DNA from: a virus
Lineage: Duplodnaviria; Caudoviricetes
Reading direction: 5' to 3' (one strand)
DNA: 25,537 bases
Virus record (IMG/VR): IMGVR_UViG_3300037657_000263
Coordinates: 1-25,537 of that record
Each line of letters opens with the position of its first letter. Position 1 is the stretch's first letter. Below, piece after piece: positions 17,730-25,537 of the stretch. Both the position numbers and the translations under genes were made by a program. The notes under the pieces were generated by a model. It saw only the letters and a program-made list of their open reading frames with translations. It was not told where the DNA came from and did not search any database.

Positions 17730-19250
17730 TCACACGGTGCCGATATTTGTGATCACGGCCATGGATGGCGGGAAGTAATTCTGCAACACCTCGTCGGCGT
17801 AAACGCCATATTCGTATTTGCGCGTGCGCAGCGGCCATTCGATCTGATAATAGTCTTGACGTGTCCGGATCTGCACGACATTGCCGACGCCGGCAAGCGG
17901 ATATGGAAGCATCTTGGTCGTGAACAGGATCGTCCCCGCCGGCATATTCGGATGCACCTTGATGTCGACGACGCTGCCCCCCTGCATGGAGAAGCGATTG
18001 AGATAGGTGCGCACCATGATGCCGCCGCCCACCATATCCTGCGCTGATTCAAACACGAATCTTTGCGCCGACGTCTGCGAACCGGCAAGGATACCCCGGG
18101 AGATGCTGGAGGCCTCCTGAGAACTTACCCACATCGTATCGGGAGATAAGCGATAATTATCCCACATGGACTTGAGGACGACATCGATCTCGACGATTCC
18201 GCCAACCCCATCATTGGTCAAGGGCGTACCGGTCCCCGCAGTTCCGGTCGGCATGGCGAGAACATGGGCCCCCGACCCCGGCTTCAGAGCCTGGTAGATC
18301 AAACCATCGAAGGCCAGCCCATTGGTTGAATTATCGTTGGGACCGAGCGAGGCCGCGGCCTGTGTCCCCGTCGCCGCACCAGTGATTCTGATGGAATTAA
18401 TGGTCGTGATGGCACCAAGCACCTCCGCGCCCGCCGCGCCCCAAAACCATGCATAACCGAGAGCGCCAGGAACGCTTGTAACGGTCGCCAGAACCGAACC
18501 GGTCGAACCGGTTGTCGCAACCGTCGCATTCATGCTCTTCCGGCCAACACCCCCGCCAAACGTATCGGATGAGGTGCCATCCGCGTTGGTGCGCGTGATC
18601 TCGCCCTGGACACCGCCGGCAATACTGCCGTTGATCATTCCGTCAAGCGTCATCGCGGCACAAATCACCGACCAGGTTTGCGCCGCGAGTGTTCCGCCCG
18701 TCGTCGCGGCGGTCAACGTGGGGGTCGGCGTCGTGCCGAGAGGATTTGAGGTGTTGCCGCCGAGGATCATCGCCTCCTCGCCGAGCATCAGCGCTTCTAG
18801 GCCAGTCTTCGCAGCGATGGCGCGAACATCGTCGAATTCATTACCCGCATATTGGGCCTCGAAGTCGACACTGGTTTCAACACCAATTCCCTTATAGGTC
18901 GCGGTATAGTCGTGGGTCGCGACCGCGAGGACACCGCCGCGGTTCGCGGTCGAAACGCCGAAGCGCAATCCTGTCGTGTTGATCGCGGTGATCGCGCGCC
19001 ACGCGGCCTCGATGCCACCCTTGCCCGAGACACGCGGAATCATGTTACGCAACGGCGTGAGGACCGGGTAGAGAAATTTCGCACCGAGTTCGAGATCATA
19101 GAAGGTAAGGCCCGAGGCTGGGCTGGCGCTCGGAGAAAAAGTGCTCTTTTCGAGGCCAATGAGGCTTTTGAACCGCGGGTCGCCGAGCGGGCGCCGTTGC
19201 GCCGCCTTGAGCCGGTCCAGAACATCCTGAACATCGGTGTGCATGGTCAT
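17730..19250 (-). CDS. Major capsid protein (HK97-like fold inferred) with a large insertion
   Basis: 506 aa; SD AGGAG; YDLE...YPVLTPLRNMIPRV, EEAMILGGN...AFDGL, IKVHPNMPAGTILF, EVLQNYFPPSMAVITNI; follows the protease. Confidence 0.82.
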   Translation of the reverse strand: MTMHTDVQDVLDRLKAAQRRPLGDPRFKSLIGLEKSTFSPSASPASGLTFYDLELGAKFLYPVLTPLRNMIPRVSGKGGIEAAWRAITAINTTGLRFGVSTANRGGVLAVATHDYTATYKGIGVETSVDFEAQYAGNEFDDVRAIAAKTGLEALMLGEEAMILGGNTSNPLGTTPTPTLTAATTGGTLAAQTWSVICAAMTLDGMINGSIAGGVQGEITRTNADGTSSDTFGGGVGRKSMNATVATTGSTGSVLATVTSVPGALGYAWFWGAAGAEVLGAITTINSIRITGAATGTQAAASLGPNDNSTNGLAFDGLIYQALKPGSGAHVLAMPTGTAGTGTPLTNDGVGGIVEIDVVLKSMWDNYRLSPDTMWVSSQEASSISRGILAGSQTSAQRFVFESAQDMVGGGIMVRTYLNRFSMQGGSVVDIKVHPNMPAGTILFTTKMLPYPLAGVGNVVQIRTRQDYYQIEWPLRTRKYEYGVYADEVLQNYFPPSMAVITNIGTV

Positions 19251-19346
19251 ATGTTGCTCCTAACCGCACAAAATTCGGTAGAGATGTCGATGATTACCGC
19301 CGCCAGATCGGCGATCAGAACGGGGGAAAGGTCGCCCGCAATGGCG

Positions 19347-19464
19347 CTAGAGCATCGTGCGCAAAAGTGTGCGCGGTTTTGCGCGCGAACGATGCTCTAT
19401 GCTTTTGACTCTGGAGCATTTTGCTGACCTTCAGGTGATTCCACCTGAAGGCAAAATGCTCTAG
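19347..19464. repeat. RIME/CIR-like intergenic palindromic element, copy 1
   Basis: Arm A TAGAGCATCG...AAAAGTG...CGGTTTT...CGATGCTCTA, then arm B GAGCATTTTGC..CCTTCAGGTG-ATTC-CACCTGAAGG-CAAAATGCTC with GATTC at 19437-19441. Confidence 0.85.
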
Positions 19465-19562
19465 AGCGGCGCCCGTTCAAAGTGAATCGGACTTAACGCT
19501 CTAGAATTTTGATTGAGCATGATCCGCGCAACCGGCGTCCACTTGCGCGGATCATGCTCTAG
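19461..19562. repeat. RIME/CIR-like element, copy 2, inverted relative to copy 1
   Basis: CTAGAGCG...GAATC...CGCTCTAG, then GAGCATGATCCGCGCAA-CCGGCGTCCAC-TTGCGCGGATCATGCTC; its terminal CTAG contains the protease stop codon. Confidence 0.85.
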
Positions 19563-20662
19563 CGATTTGAGCCACGGCCGTTTCGCTGTGCCAATTTGAT
19601 GGCGAGAACGGAGAGCGCATCTGGATCGGAGAGGAGGGCTTCGACCGAGTCTCCATGGCCGGGATCAAGCCCGAGATCCCTTTGTTTTGAGACAGCGCGT
19701 GTGGGACCTATGTAGGGGAGAGGCAGAGGCTGCTCTTCAATCTTTTTGATACGCGCGAGAACATCTGCAAGCGTCACGGCGATCCGGTCGAACCGCTTCT
19801 CCAATCCGCCACCAGCGCGCTTTTGTGCCCCGCACGCGGCACCGAGTTCCACCGCCGTATCATGCATGCGCTGAATCCGGCTATCGTCATGCTTGTCCTC
19901 ATCGCCGCGGCCCGCCTTGGCGGAGACGTCATGGGAAGTTCGCCGGCGTGCCGGCGCCCTGACGTTCATGCCACGGCGCGGTGCCCCCTCGATCGGTAAG
20001 GACATTAGGCCACGCAAAATGGTGCTAGCCCGTTCGAGAAGATCGCGGAGTTCTTCCGCTTCCTCGGGGCCCGGCGCGCTACCCTCCTCCGGTGAGATAT
20101 CGGCGTCCTGAAGCCAGTCCATTTCCTCCACAAGGAGGCCGATCCTTTGCGCTACATCCGACTTATGCCCAAAACGCCGCCATTCTTTCGACCCATCCGC
20201 CTTTATCATTTCGAAGTGCGCCTGTGGTAGGCACGGAAGATCGACAAGCGAAATTTCCGTCGGAACCGCAGTGTAGCGCGTCAAGCCATCCTCGTCGGTC
20301 CAACGTTGGGCGTAGGTGCCGCCTTGCGAAAATCCGCTATAGACTCCTTCGGTCACCTTCAGCCATTCGGTATCGTCCACGACTTTGGCGCAGATTTCGA
20401 TCTGCTTTGCCTCGTCGTTGAAGGTGATAGCCGTGACCTTCCCGGCCGCGATCGGCCCATGCATAGCGCGCAGATTGCCGAACGACTTGCCGTTGGTCGA
20501 CCGAGAGATTTCTTGCGACCATTGTTCGTAGTTCGGCTTGGTCGAGGCATAATCGCAAATTTCTCCGGCCCGATCCGCGACCTCCGCGGTTGCGACACCA
20601 TAGACGAGGCGCCGCGCCGCATCGACTTTGGTGATTGGTAGGAACATGGAAAGGTCCGGCAT
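19559..20662 (-). CDS. Prohead protease (XkdF-like) with C-terminal scaffold-like region
   Basis: PITKVDAARRLVYGVAT...DRAGE, NLRAMH, KVTEGVYSGFSQGG, EISLVDLP; charged helical C-terminal half; ATG 20662 with SD GGAGA (ORF track start 20674). Confidence 0.82.
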   Translation of the reverse strand: MPDLSMFLPITKVDAARRLVYGVATAEVADRAGEICDYASTKPNYEQWSQEISRSTNGKSFGNLRAMHGPIAAGKVTAITFNDEAKQIEICAKVVDDTEWLKVTEGVYSGFSQGGTYAQRWTDEDGLTRYTAVPTEISLVDLPCLPQAHFEMIKADGSKEWRRFGHKSDVAQRIGLLVEEMDWLQDADISPEEGSAPGPEEAEELRDLLERASTILRGLMSLPIEGAPRRGMNVRAPARRRTSHDVSAKAGRGDEDKHDDSRIQRMHDTAVELGAACGAQKRAGGGLEKRFDRIAVTLADVLARIKKIEEQPLPLPYIGPTRAVSKQRDLGLDPGHGDSVEALLSDPDALSVLAIKLAQRNGRGSNR

Positions 20663-20672
20663 ATGAATCTCC

Positions 20673-20699
20673 AAAAAGAAAGCCGCCTATCCGGCGGCT
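20673..20699 (-). terminator. Rho-independent terminator-like hairpin between portal and protease
   Basis: Minus strand AGCCGCC-GGATA-GGCGGCT followed by TTCTTTTT, directly before the SD. Confidence 0.72.
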
Positions 20700-20806
20700 G
20701 TTTAGATTCTTGCGTCCTATCTTCAGCAATGAGGCTTGGCCATGCCCGCAATCCTCATAAGCAACGCAATCGGCTGCGTTGCGCTTTTGGCTTTGGCGAG
20801 GTCCGG

Positions 20807-22162
20807 CTAATCGGGCAAAATAACATAGCCCGCATTCGATAAAGTCATCGGACGATCCGCCGCGGCCTCGGACAAAGGTTGGCGCCCGAGCATGCTTCGG
20901 GCCTCATTGATTGTAATGATGCCCTTGGTTGCGTAACTCGATAGGATGGCCTCCTGCGCAACCGGGTCGAGGTGGTGATCATTGCTCCAGCAGAAGGTAA
21001 GGTCCGGAGCATCAAGTTCGTTCGCTAAGACGTCATCGATCAAGCCCGCGACCCAGTTGAGGATCGGCGCAAGGCCCTCCTCCTGGGCGAGATCTTTCTG
21101 CGTCTCGGCGGTGGCCCGGTTCATCGTCTGCACGAGTGCCTGGGGCGAGATCGAGAAGGCAAAGCAAACGATTCGCGCGAGCCATTCGTCGAACGGGCTT
21201 TTCAACTCGGGCTCGGTCGTCTGAACAAATGTTTTCGCGACTCCGCCCGGAACGAATTTCGCGCGGCGGCGCCGACCGAAATCGCCATCGAAATAAGCGT
21301 CCCAATATTTTTGATAAGAGGCGATCTGATCCGGGGTCCAATTTTCGGGAACGCCAATGAGACTATCCGGGATGTTTCCCTCGGTGAAATAATCGAGGAG
21401 GAAGGTTTGCCGGCGTAGCGCTATATTGACGGTCGTGATAATTTGCTCGACCGGGCTGAACCCATAGGCTCGGTTGACCCTCAGGTTACGTGGCCGGTAA
21501 ATGAGGTCGCGCACCGAATAGTCAATCGCCGGATAGCCTTTTAGAATTTGCTGATAGGCCGGCGGATAGACCATCGCGCCGGCTTCCCGATAAGGCTGCG
21601 GGGTACGTCCCCACGGATCGAGGATGGGCTTGATGGTCGCGCCATCGAGCGGCAAAAGCGCCCGAAGGCGACCGCCCCGATCACGACTCATGTAGAGCGC
21701 CGGCGCATCGGTCACGAAGACCTCCTCCAGCAACATGCGCACCCAATCGGCGAAATTGTGGGTGCCGTCTGGCCGCGCTAAGAAACGCTTGGCGGCCGCG
21801 ATACGGTCTGAGTTCTCCGTATCGACACAGACGCCGTCGCGCGGCTTGATTGTCCAGGCTTGGCGCGCCGCCTGGTCCTTGCGGGTCTCAATGACAAGCC
21901 GAAGCAGGTCGTACCCATCGGCGAGCGATCGCAGCGTCGCGAAGGAAACCGGCTCATAGGGGCGCGCTAGAGTTGAAAGATTATAGCCTGCTGGAAAATC
22001 CCACTGGCGGCCAGCAATCTCCGGCGGCGCAAGCGGCGCCACGGGTTTTAGGGGACCGAACCAGTCCGCCGCATTCCCTTGAGCCGTCGCCGCGTTGAAG
22101 GTGACGTTCACTTCATAAGGACTCAGCGACCAGCTTCGCTGCCCGGCGCCTCGCTCGGCCAT
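20807..22162 (-). CDS. Phage portal protein
   Basis: LPLDGATIKP, DLIYRPRN...YGFSPVE, YFTEGNIP, IVCFAFSISP, GIITINEARSMLG; SD AGAGG; follows terminase. Confidence 0.9.
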   Translation of the reverse strand: MAERGAGQRSWSLSPYEVNVTFNAATAQGNAADWFGPLKPVAPLAPPEIAGRQWDFPAGYNLSTLARPYEPVSFATLRSLADGYDLLRLVIETRKDQAARQAWTIKPRDGVCVDTENSDRIAAAKRFLARPDGTHNFADWVRMLLEEVFVTDAPALYMSRDRGGRLRALLPLDGATIKPILDPWGRTPQPYREAGAMVYPPAYQQILKGYPAIDYSVRDLIYRPRNLRVNRAYGFSPVEQIITTVNIALRRQTFLLDYFTEGNIPDSLIGVPENWTPDQIASYQKYWDAYFDGDFGRRRRAKFVPGGVAKTFVQTTEPELKSPFDEWLARIVCFAFSISPQALVQTMNRATAETQKDLAQEEGLAPILNWVAGLIDDVLANELDAPDLTFCWSNDHHLDPVAQEAILSSYATKGIITINEARSMLGRQPLSEAAADRPMTLSNAGYVILPD

Positions 22163-22235
22163 CAGATTTCCTCTGGTTGACGGTTGGTTCGCTACGCGGT
22201 CCGCCGCGCGGCTGCATTATGTTCGTGCCGCTTCT

Positions 22236-23546
22236 TTAGCGACGACTTCGGGCCTCCGCGGCACGCCTATAGAACTCGATGATTCCCGTCCCGTCGTCGC
22301 TGCCGAAGAGATAGGTCAGCGCCCATATGGCAGCATCCGCATGGTCGGGGCTACCGGCACCGCCATAGCCCGCCGCCGAGAAGGCGCAAAGCTGATCCTC
22401 GAGCTTTCCAAACCGGCCGGCGTGGTGCACTTGTCCCTGGGCATAACGCACCGAGATGGGTTCGGCCCTGACTGCCTTGCCACGGCTCGCGGTCACGAGA
22501 CGCACCGGCACGTTTCGATCCGCCGCTTGGATCGTCGCGCGCACCATCTCGCCACCGAAATTGCTCTCTGCCACGATGCAATCCGCGCGATAATCGTGAA
22601 AGGCGACGACGGCGCGACGGCCCCATGCCGCGGGCGATTCGCGGCATGAGCGATCATCGAGAATATAGCAGTCACCGTCTGTCCCGCGCGCCGCGACGAC
22701 GATACCGATTTCGTCGGCGGCGAAATCGTCGCGTCCGGCCGCGCCCGAAGGATCAAGACCAATCACCACCGCGCCGCGCCTGTCCTCCGGTATATCCTGC
22801 GGCGCACACCGATTCTTGTCGATCAATTCATAGGTCCATAAGGCGCCATCCAGATCATCGACGTAGACGCCTTCAAAAAAGCGCTTGCGCTGCTTTTCCG
22901 GCAAATTCTCGAGACTGGCGAGAAACTCCTTCGCAAGATTGGCGGTGTTGTCAGTTGGATTCAGAAAGAGCCGTTCGTAACTTTCCGGGTCCTTCAAAGG
23001 TTGCTTGGACAAGGGATCGCGTTTTTCGCCAAAGAGCACATTCGTCCAGTGCGATTTACCGACCGGATTGAGATCAACATACGCCTTCTGACTTAACTCG
23101 GGCACCACCTGCGCCAATCGCGTGAAGGCGATAAGCGCCGAGGCATAGGGAATTTGCGAGGCTTCATTTAAAAATATGCTCGCATATTCGAGGCCAAGGA
23201 TTTTTTCCACACGATCCTTGTCGTCGAGCCCGCCGACCCAGATCCGAGAGCCGTTCTTCAGCTCAAAATATGCATCTTGCCGGTGCTCCTTAAGGGTCTC
23301 CTGCGGAAAGCAAAGCTGCATCACGCGCGGTAGCGTATCGAGCGCGATCGAGGCGCGCGCCGCATTGGCATGGAATCGCAAGATCGCGTGGCGCGAGCCC
23401 TTTGCATCGATGGCCCTTTTCAGAATGGCGCGAATAATCAGAAATGTCTTCCCCGAACGGGTCCCGCCGGCAAGACATGTGTAGCGCCGCTGGCCCTGTT
23501 CCAGGAGACAGCGGGCGGCATCCTGGCCGGCGCTGAATTTCACCAT
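22236..23546 (-). CDS. terL: Terminase large subunit
   Basis: Walker A GGTRSGKT, Walker B-like IFLNE, coupling motif DLNP; RNase H-like nuclease VIGLDPS...DEIGIVV...AESNFGG...RGKAVRAEP...SPDHADA. Confidence 0.93.
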   Translation of the reverse strand: MVKFSAGQDAARCLLEQGQRRYTCLAGGTRSGKTFLIIRAILKRAIDAKGSRHAILRFHANAARASIALDTLPRVMQLCFPQETLKEHRQDAYFELKNGSRIWVGGLDDKDRVEKILGLEYASIFLNEASQIPYASALIAFTRLAQVVPELSQKAYVDLNPVGKSHWTNVLFGEKRDPLSKQPLKDPESYERLFLNPTDNTANLAKEFLASLENLPEKQRKRFFEGVYVDDLDGALWTYELIDKNRCAPQDIPEDRRGAVVIGLDPSGAAGRDDFAADEIGIVVAARGTDGDCYILDDRSCRESPAAWGRRAVVAFHDYRADCIVAESNFGGEMVRATIQAADRNVPVRLVTASRGKAVRAEPISVRYAQGQVHHAGRFGKLEDQLCAFSAAGYGGAGSPDHADAAIWALTYLFGSDDGTGIIEFYRRAAEARSRR

Positions 23547-23579
23547 GCATGGTTCCGATGTTGCTCATGAGTACGAAGC

Positions 23580-23607
23580 AAAAAGGCCGGACGCGAAGGC
23601 AACCGGC
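23580..23607 (-). terminator. Leader terminator-like hairpin about 35 nt upstream of terL
   Basis: Minus strand GCCGG-TTGCCTTCGCGT-CCGGC then CTTTTT. Confidence 0.55.
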
Positions 23608-23754
23608 AGCCAACCTTGTTTCCAAGACAATGTTGAAATGCGGCCTCGGACGTTGCCTTGCCATGGGCAACCTCAGGAGGGACGCTGCGCGTTCCACGAT
23701 GACGCTTGCGAGCACGCCAAGCCGCGCGGCCAAGCGACACGCGTCAAGGAATGG

Positions 23755-23812
23755 ACGCAGTTCGTGCCCGGCACACGCACATAGAAGCCTCACATTTCAT
23801 CGCGGGTCAACC
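23755..23812 (-). repeat. Direct repeat copy 1 (promoter-like)
   Basis: 44 bp identical to 23938-23981, extendable to 58 bp with 3 mismatches; minus strand GGTTGACC...GAAATGTGA...GGCACGAA. Confidence 0.9.
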
Positions 23813-23937
23813 ACATGCACGACAACATAATTGCGCGTTCTTACAAAGCCGCCATGGTGCATAGCGGGTTCAAACCGCGGTCAACGGTTGGCTCATGTTC
23901 CAAGGATTGTGGAAGTGTGGGGCACGGCGACATCGGC

Positions 23938-23995
23938 ACGCAGTTCGTGCCCGGCACACGCACATAGAAGCCTCACATTTCGTTGCAGGTCAACC
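23938..23995 (-). repeat. Direct repeat copy 2 (promoter-like)
   Basis: 183-bp period relative to copy 1. Confidence 0.9.
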
Positions 23996-24190
23996 TGCCG
24001 CCAATCCTCTCTGATGCGCGTTCATACATGGATTCGAGGCGGCGGTGGTGTGCGGCACGTCGCGGCGCGAACGTTCCGGCTTTGGCCATGATTCAGCGTC
24101 TTTCGGCCGGACAGTCCAACGGGCGTCAAGATTGCAAAGGGGAACAACCCGAGCCATCGCTGGGCCCGATTGCTATGCCGGATCGCTGAG

Positions 24191-24304
24191 CTAGCGCGGG
24201 ATGAGGAAAAGTGGATGCCGGTTTTCCGCCCGCATCCCGTGCTAGGATTTTGGCATCGATCACGATGACCTTGGATTGATTCAATCCAAGGTCATCGTGA
24301 TCTA
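24191..24304. repeat. RIME/CIR-like element, copy 3
   Basis: Arm A CTAGCGCGGGATG..AAAAGTG..CCGGTTTT..CATCCCGTGCTAG; arm B is a perfect 22-bp inverted repeat (24258-24279/24281-24302) centred on GATTC. Confidence 0.85.
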
Positions 24305-24345
24305 AAATGTGAGAGATCGGCGCAGCCGGATCGGCCGCAGTGCCA

Positions 24346-24404
24346 AGCACAGAATTCGTGCCGCGAACGCGCGCAGACTGTCATCACAATTCGTGACAGG
24401 TCAA
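24346..24404 (-). promoter_or_regulatory. Diverged third copy of the promoter-like motif
   Basis: Aligns without gaps to copies 1 and 2: TTGACC, GAAWTGTGA and GGCACGAA at identical spacing. Confidence 0.6.
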
Positions 24405-24631
24405 GGCGCGGGCGCTCTTCCATTTTGCGCTTTCTTACCGCGCCAGCGCTATTCCTTGGCCAGTCAATGACGTTTCTGCGGCAGCCGCCTTTCATCCGTC
24501 ATCATTCCGGGTTTTTGCTTTAAACGCCCGATATCCTGAGATAGGTTCCGCACCGATTGCATTGGCCCGGGCGAGACGATCCGGGTCCTTGGACAAGGTT
24601 GCGCAACCTGCCTTCCGATGGAGTCAACAAA

Positions 24632-25537
24632 GTGAGCTTTCAACGTCTTGTCGGCCGGTACATCAGAAAAGCTTTGCGGGAGGTCGGGCTGGATCTCTCT
24701 CCCGTGAGAACGGAATTTCAGGCACGGCTCGTTTCCGAGACGCATCTTTCACGCATGTTTGCCACCCTCGGTCACGCGGCGTCCGGCTTCCTCGCGTCCC
24801 AGGACATCCTTCCGATCCGTCACACCTTCGACCTTGAGGCTGAGATCGGACGCTTCTATCGCGCCTATCTCGATTCTCCATTCACCAAATTCGCCGGCGG
24901 CAGCCGGATCGGCAATCTTTTGTGGCTCGATCTCATCGCGAAATGGACCGGGCCGGACCTCATCATCGACAGCGGGACCTATCGCGGCGCAAGCGCCTGG
25001 GCCCTCGCCCAGGGCGCGCCGCAAGCGCGCATCTTGAGCTTCGACATTGACCTGTCCAATCTCGCCTTGCGCTGCGAGAATGTCGAATATATCGAAAACG
25101 ACTGGACGAGTTTGGATTTCGACGCAATCGACAAGTCGCGCAGCTTTTGCTATTTCGATGACCATGTCGATCAGGGCAGACGGTTGAAGGAAGCGGCGGA
25201 TAGGAACTTTCCGCTCGCTATTTTCGACGACGATTTCACCGTCTATGGCTTTGCGCCGATGGCGCATGGCGGCTTCGCGATCCCCAAGATTTCCTTCATC
25301 CTCGATGAGTCCCTGGCCGATGGCGAGGTCATCGAATGGGTCGAGGGGGCGCAGAGGTTCAGTTGGCCGGTCGACCGCGCCCAGCTTGATGCACTCAGGA
25401 ATTTGATCGGCGCGACGGCAAGGCTCCCCAACCTTGTCGAGCCGCTGACGATTGATCAGCTGCCCTATCGTCTTGTCGCGATCAAGAGCACAACGCCCCA
25501 GTCCGCCGCGGCGACCGAGGCGGCAACGGCACCCTGA
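24632..25537 (+). CDS. Class I SAM-dependent methyltransferase-fold protein, probably a host gene
   Basis: Motif I-like PDLIIDSGTYRGASAW, then ILSFDID and YFDDH; GTG 24632 with GGAG upstream (ORF track start 24557); divergent from the operon. Confidence 0.65.
   Translation: MSFQRLVGRYIRKALREVGLDLSPVRTEFQARLVSETHLSRMFATLGHAASGFLASQDILPIRHTFDLEAEIGRFYRAYLDSPFTKFAGGSRIGNLLWLDLIAKWTGPDLIIDSGTYRGASAWALAQGAPQARILSFDIDLSNLALRCENVEYIENDWTSLDFDAIDKSRSFCYFDDHVDQGRRLKEAADRNFPLAIFDDDFTVYGFAPMAHGGFAIPKISFILDESLADGEVIEWVEGAQRFSWPVDRAQLDALRNLIGATARLPNLVEPLTIDQLPYRLVAIKSTTPQSAAATEAATAP

Noticed and set aside
19347-19562. IS element
   Set aside because: No transposase; too short, and better explained as non-autonomous palindromic repeats.
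20761-20782. Hairpin GCAACGCA/TGCGTTGC after the portal gene as a terminator
   Set aside because: No U-tract on the coding strand; role unclear.
23290-23793. ORFs 23290..23793 and 23540..23740 as small terminase
   Set aside because: Atypical composition, no clear SD or HTH; they overlap terL and the structured leader.
23860-23884. Additional minus-strand TTGACC as a fourth promoter copy
   Set aside because: Lacks the GAAWTGTGA and GGCACGAA motifs; -10 spacing unconvincing.
23755-23995. CRISPR array
   Set aside because: Only two near-identical repeats with a spacer over 120 bp, and no cas genes.
23549-24550. CtrA box (TTAA-N7-TTAA) upstream of the operon
   Set aside because: No full site found by eye.
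1-25537. tRNA/att site, or a contractile system (tailocin/eCIS)
   Set aside because: No tRNA or att core recognised; no sheath gene, and a full head and packaging module is present.

Overview
The window is almost entirely one intact minus-strand operon (about 23.5 kb down to 1) encoding a siphovirus-type particle in a GC-rich genome that looks like Rhizobiales (alphaproteobacteria). Gene order: large terminase, portal, prohead protease/scaffold, major capsid, head-tail joining proteins, tail tube, frameshifted tail chaperones, short tape measure, then a baseplate related to the Rhodobacter GTA (TIM-barrel, DUF2460, DUF2163, NlpC/P60, hub). It continues with a fibre, an SGNH esterase, a beta-helix glycan enzyme and small membrane proteins. 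No small terminase, integrase, repressor or replication gene is visible. Upstream of the terminase is about 1 kb of non-coding DNA with a triplicated promoter-like motif and an attenuator-like leader, then a divergent host-type methyltransferase-fold gene. Host RIME/CIR-like palindromes lie inside the head module. Best hypothesis (inference): a domesticated gene-transfer-agent-like system with a non-RcGTA head, a rearranged RcGTA-like baseplate, antitermination control and many glycan-targeting domains. All family assignments are by motif recognition and gene order; no searches were run.
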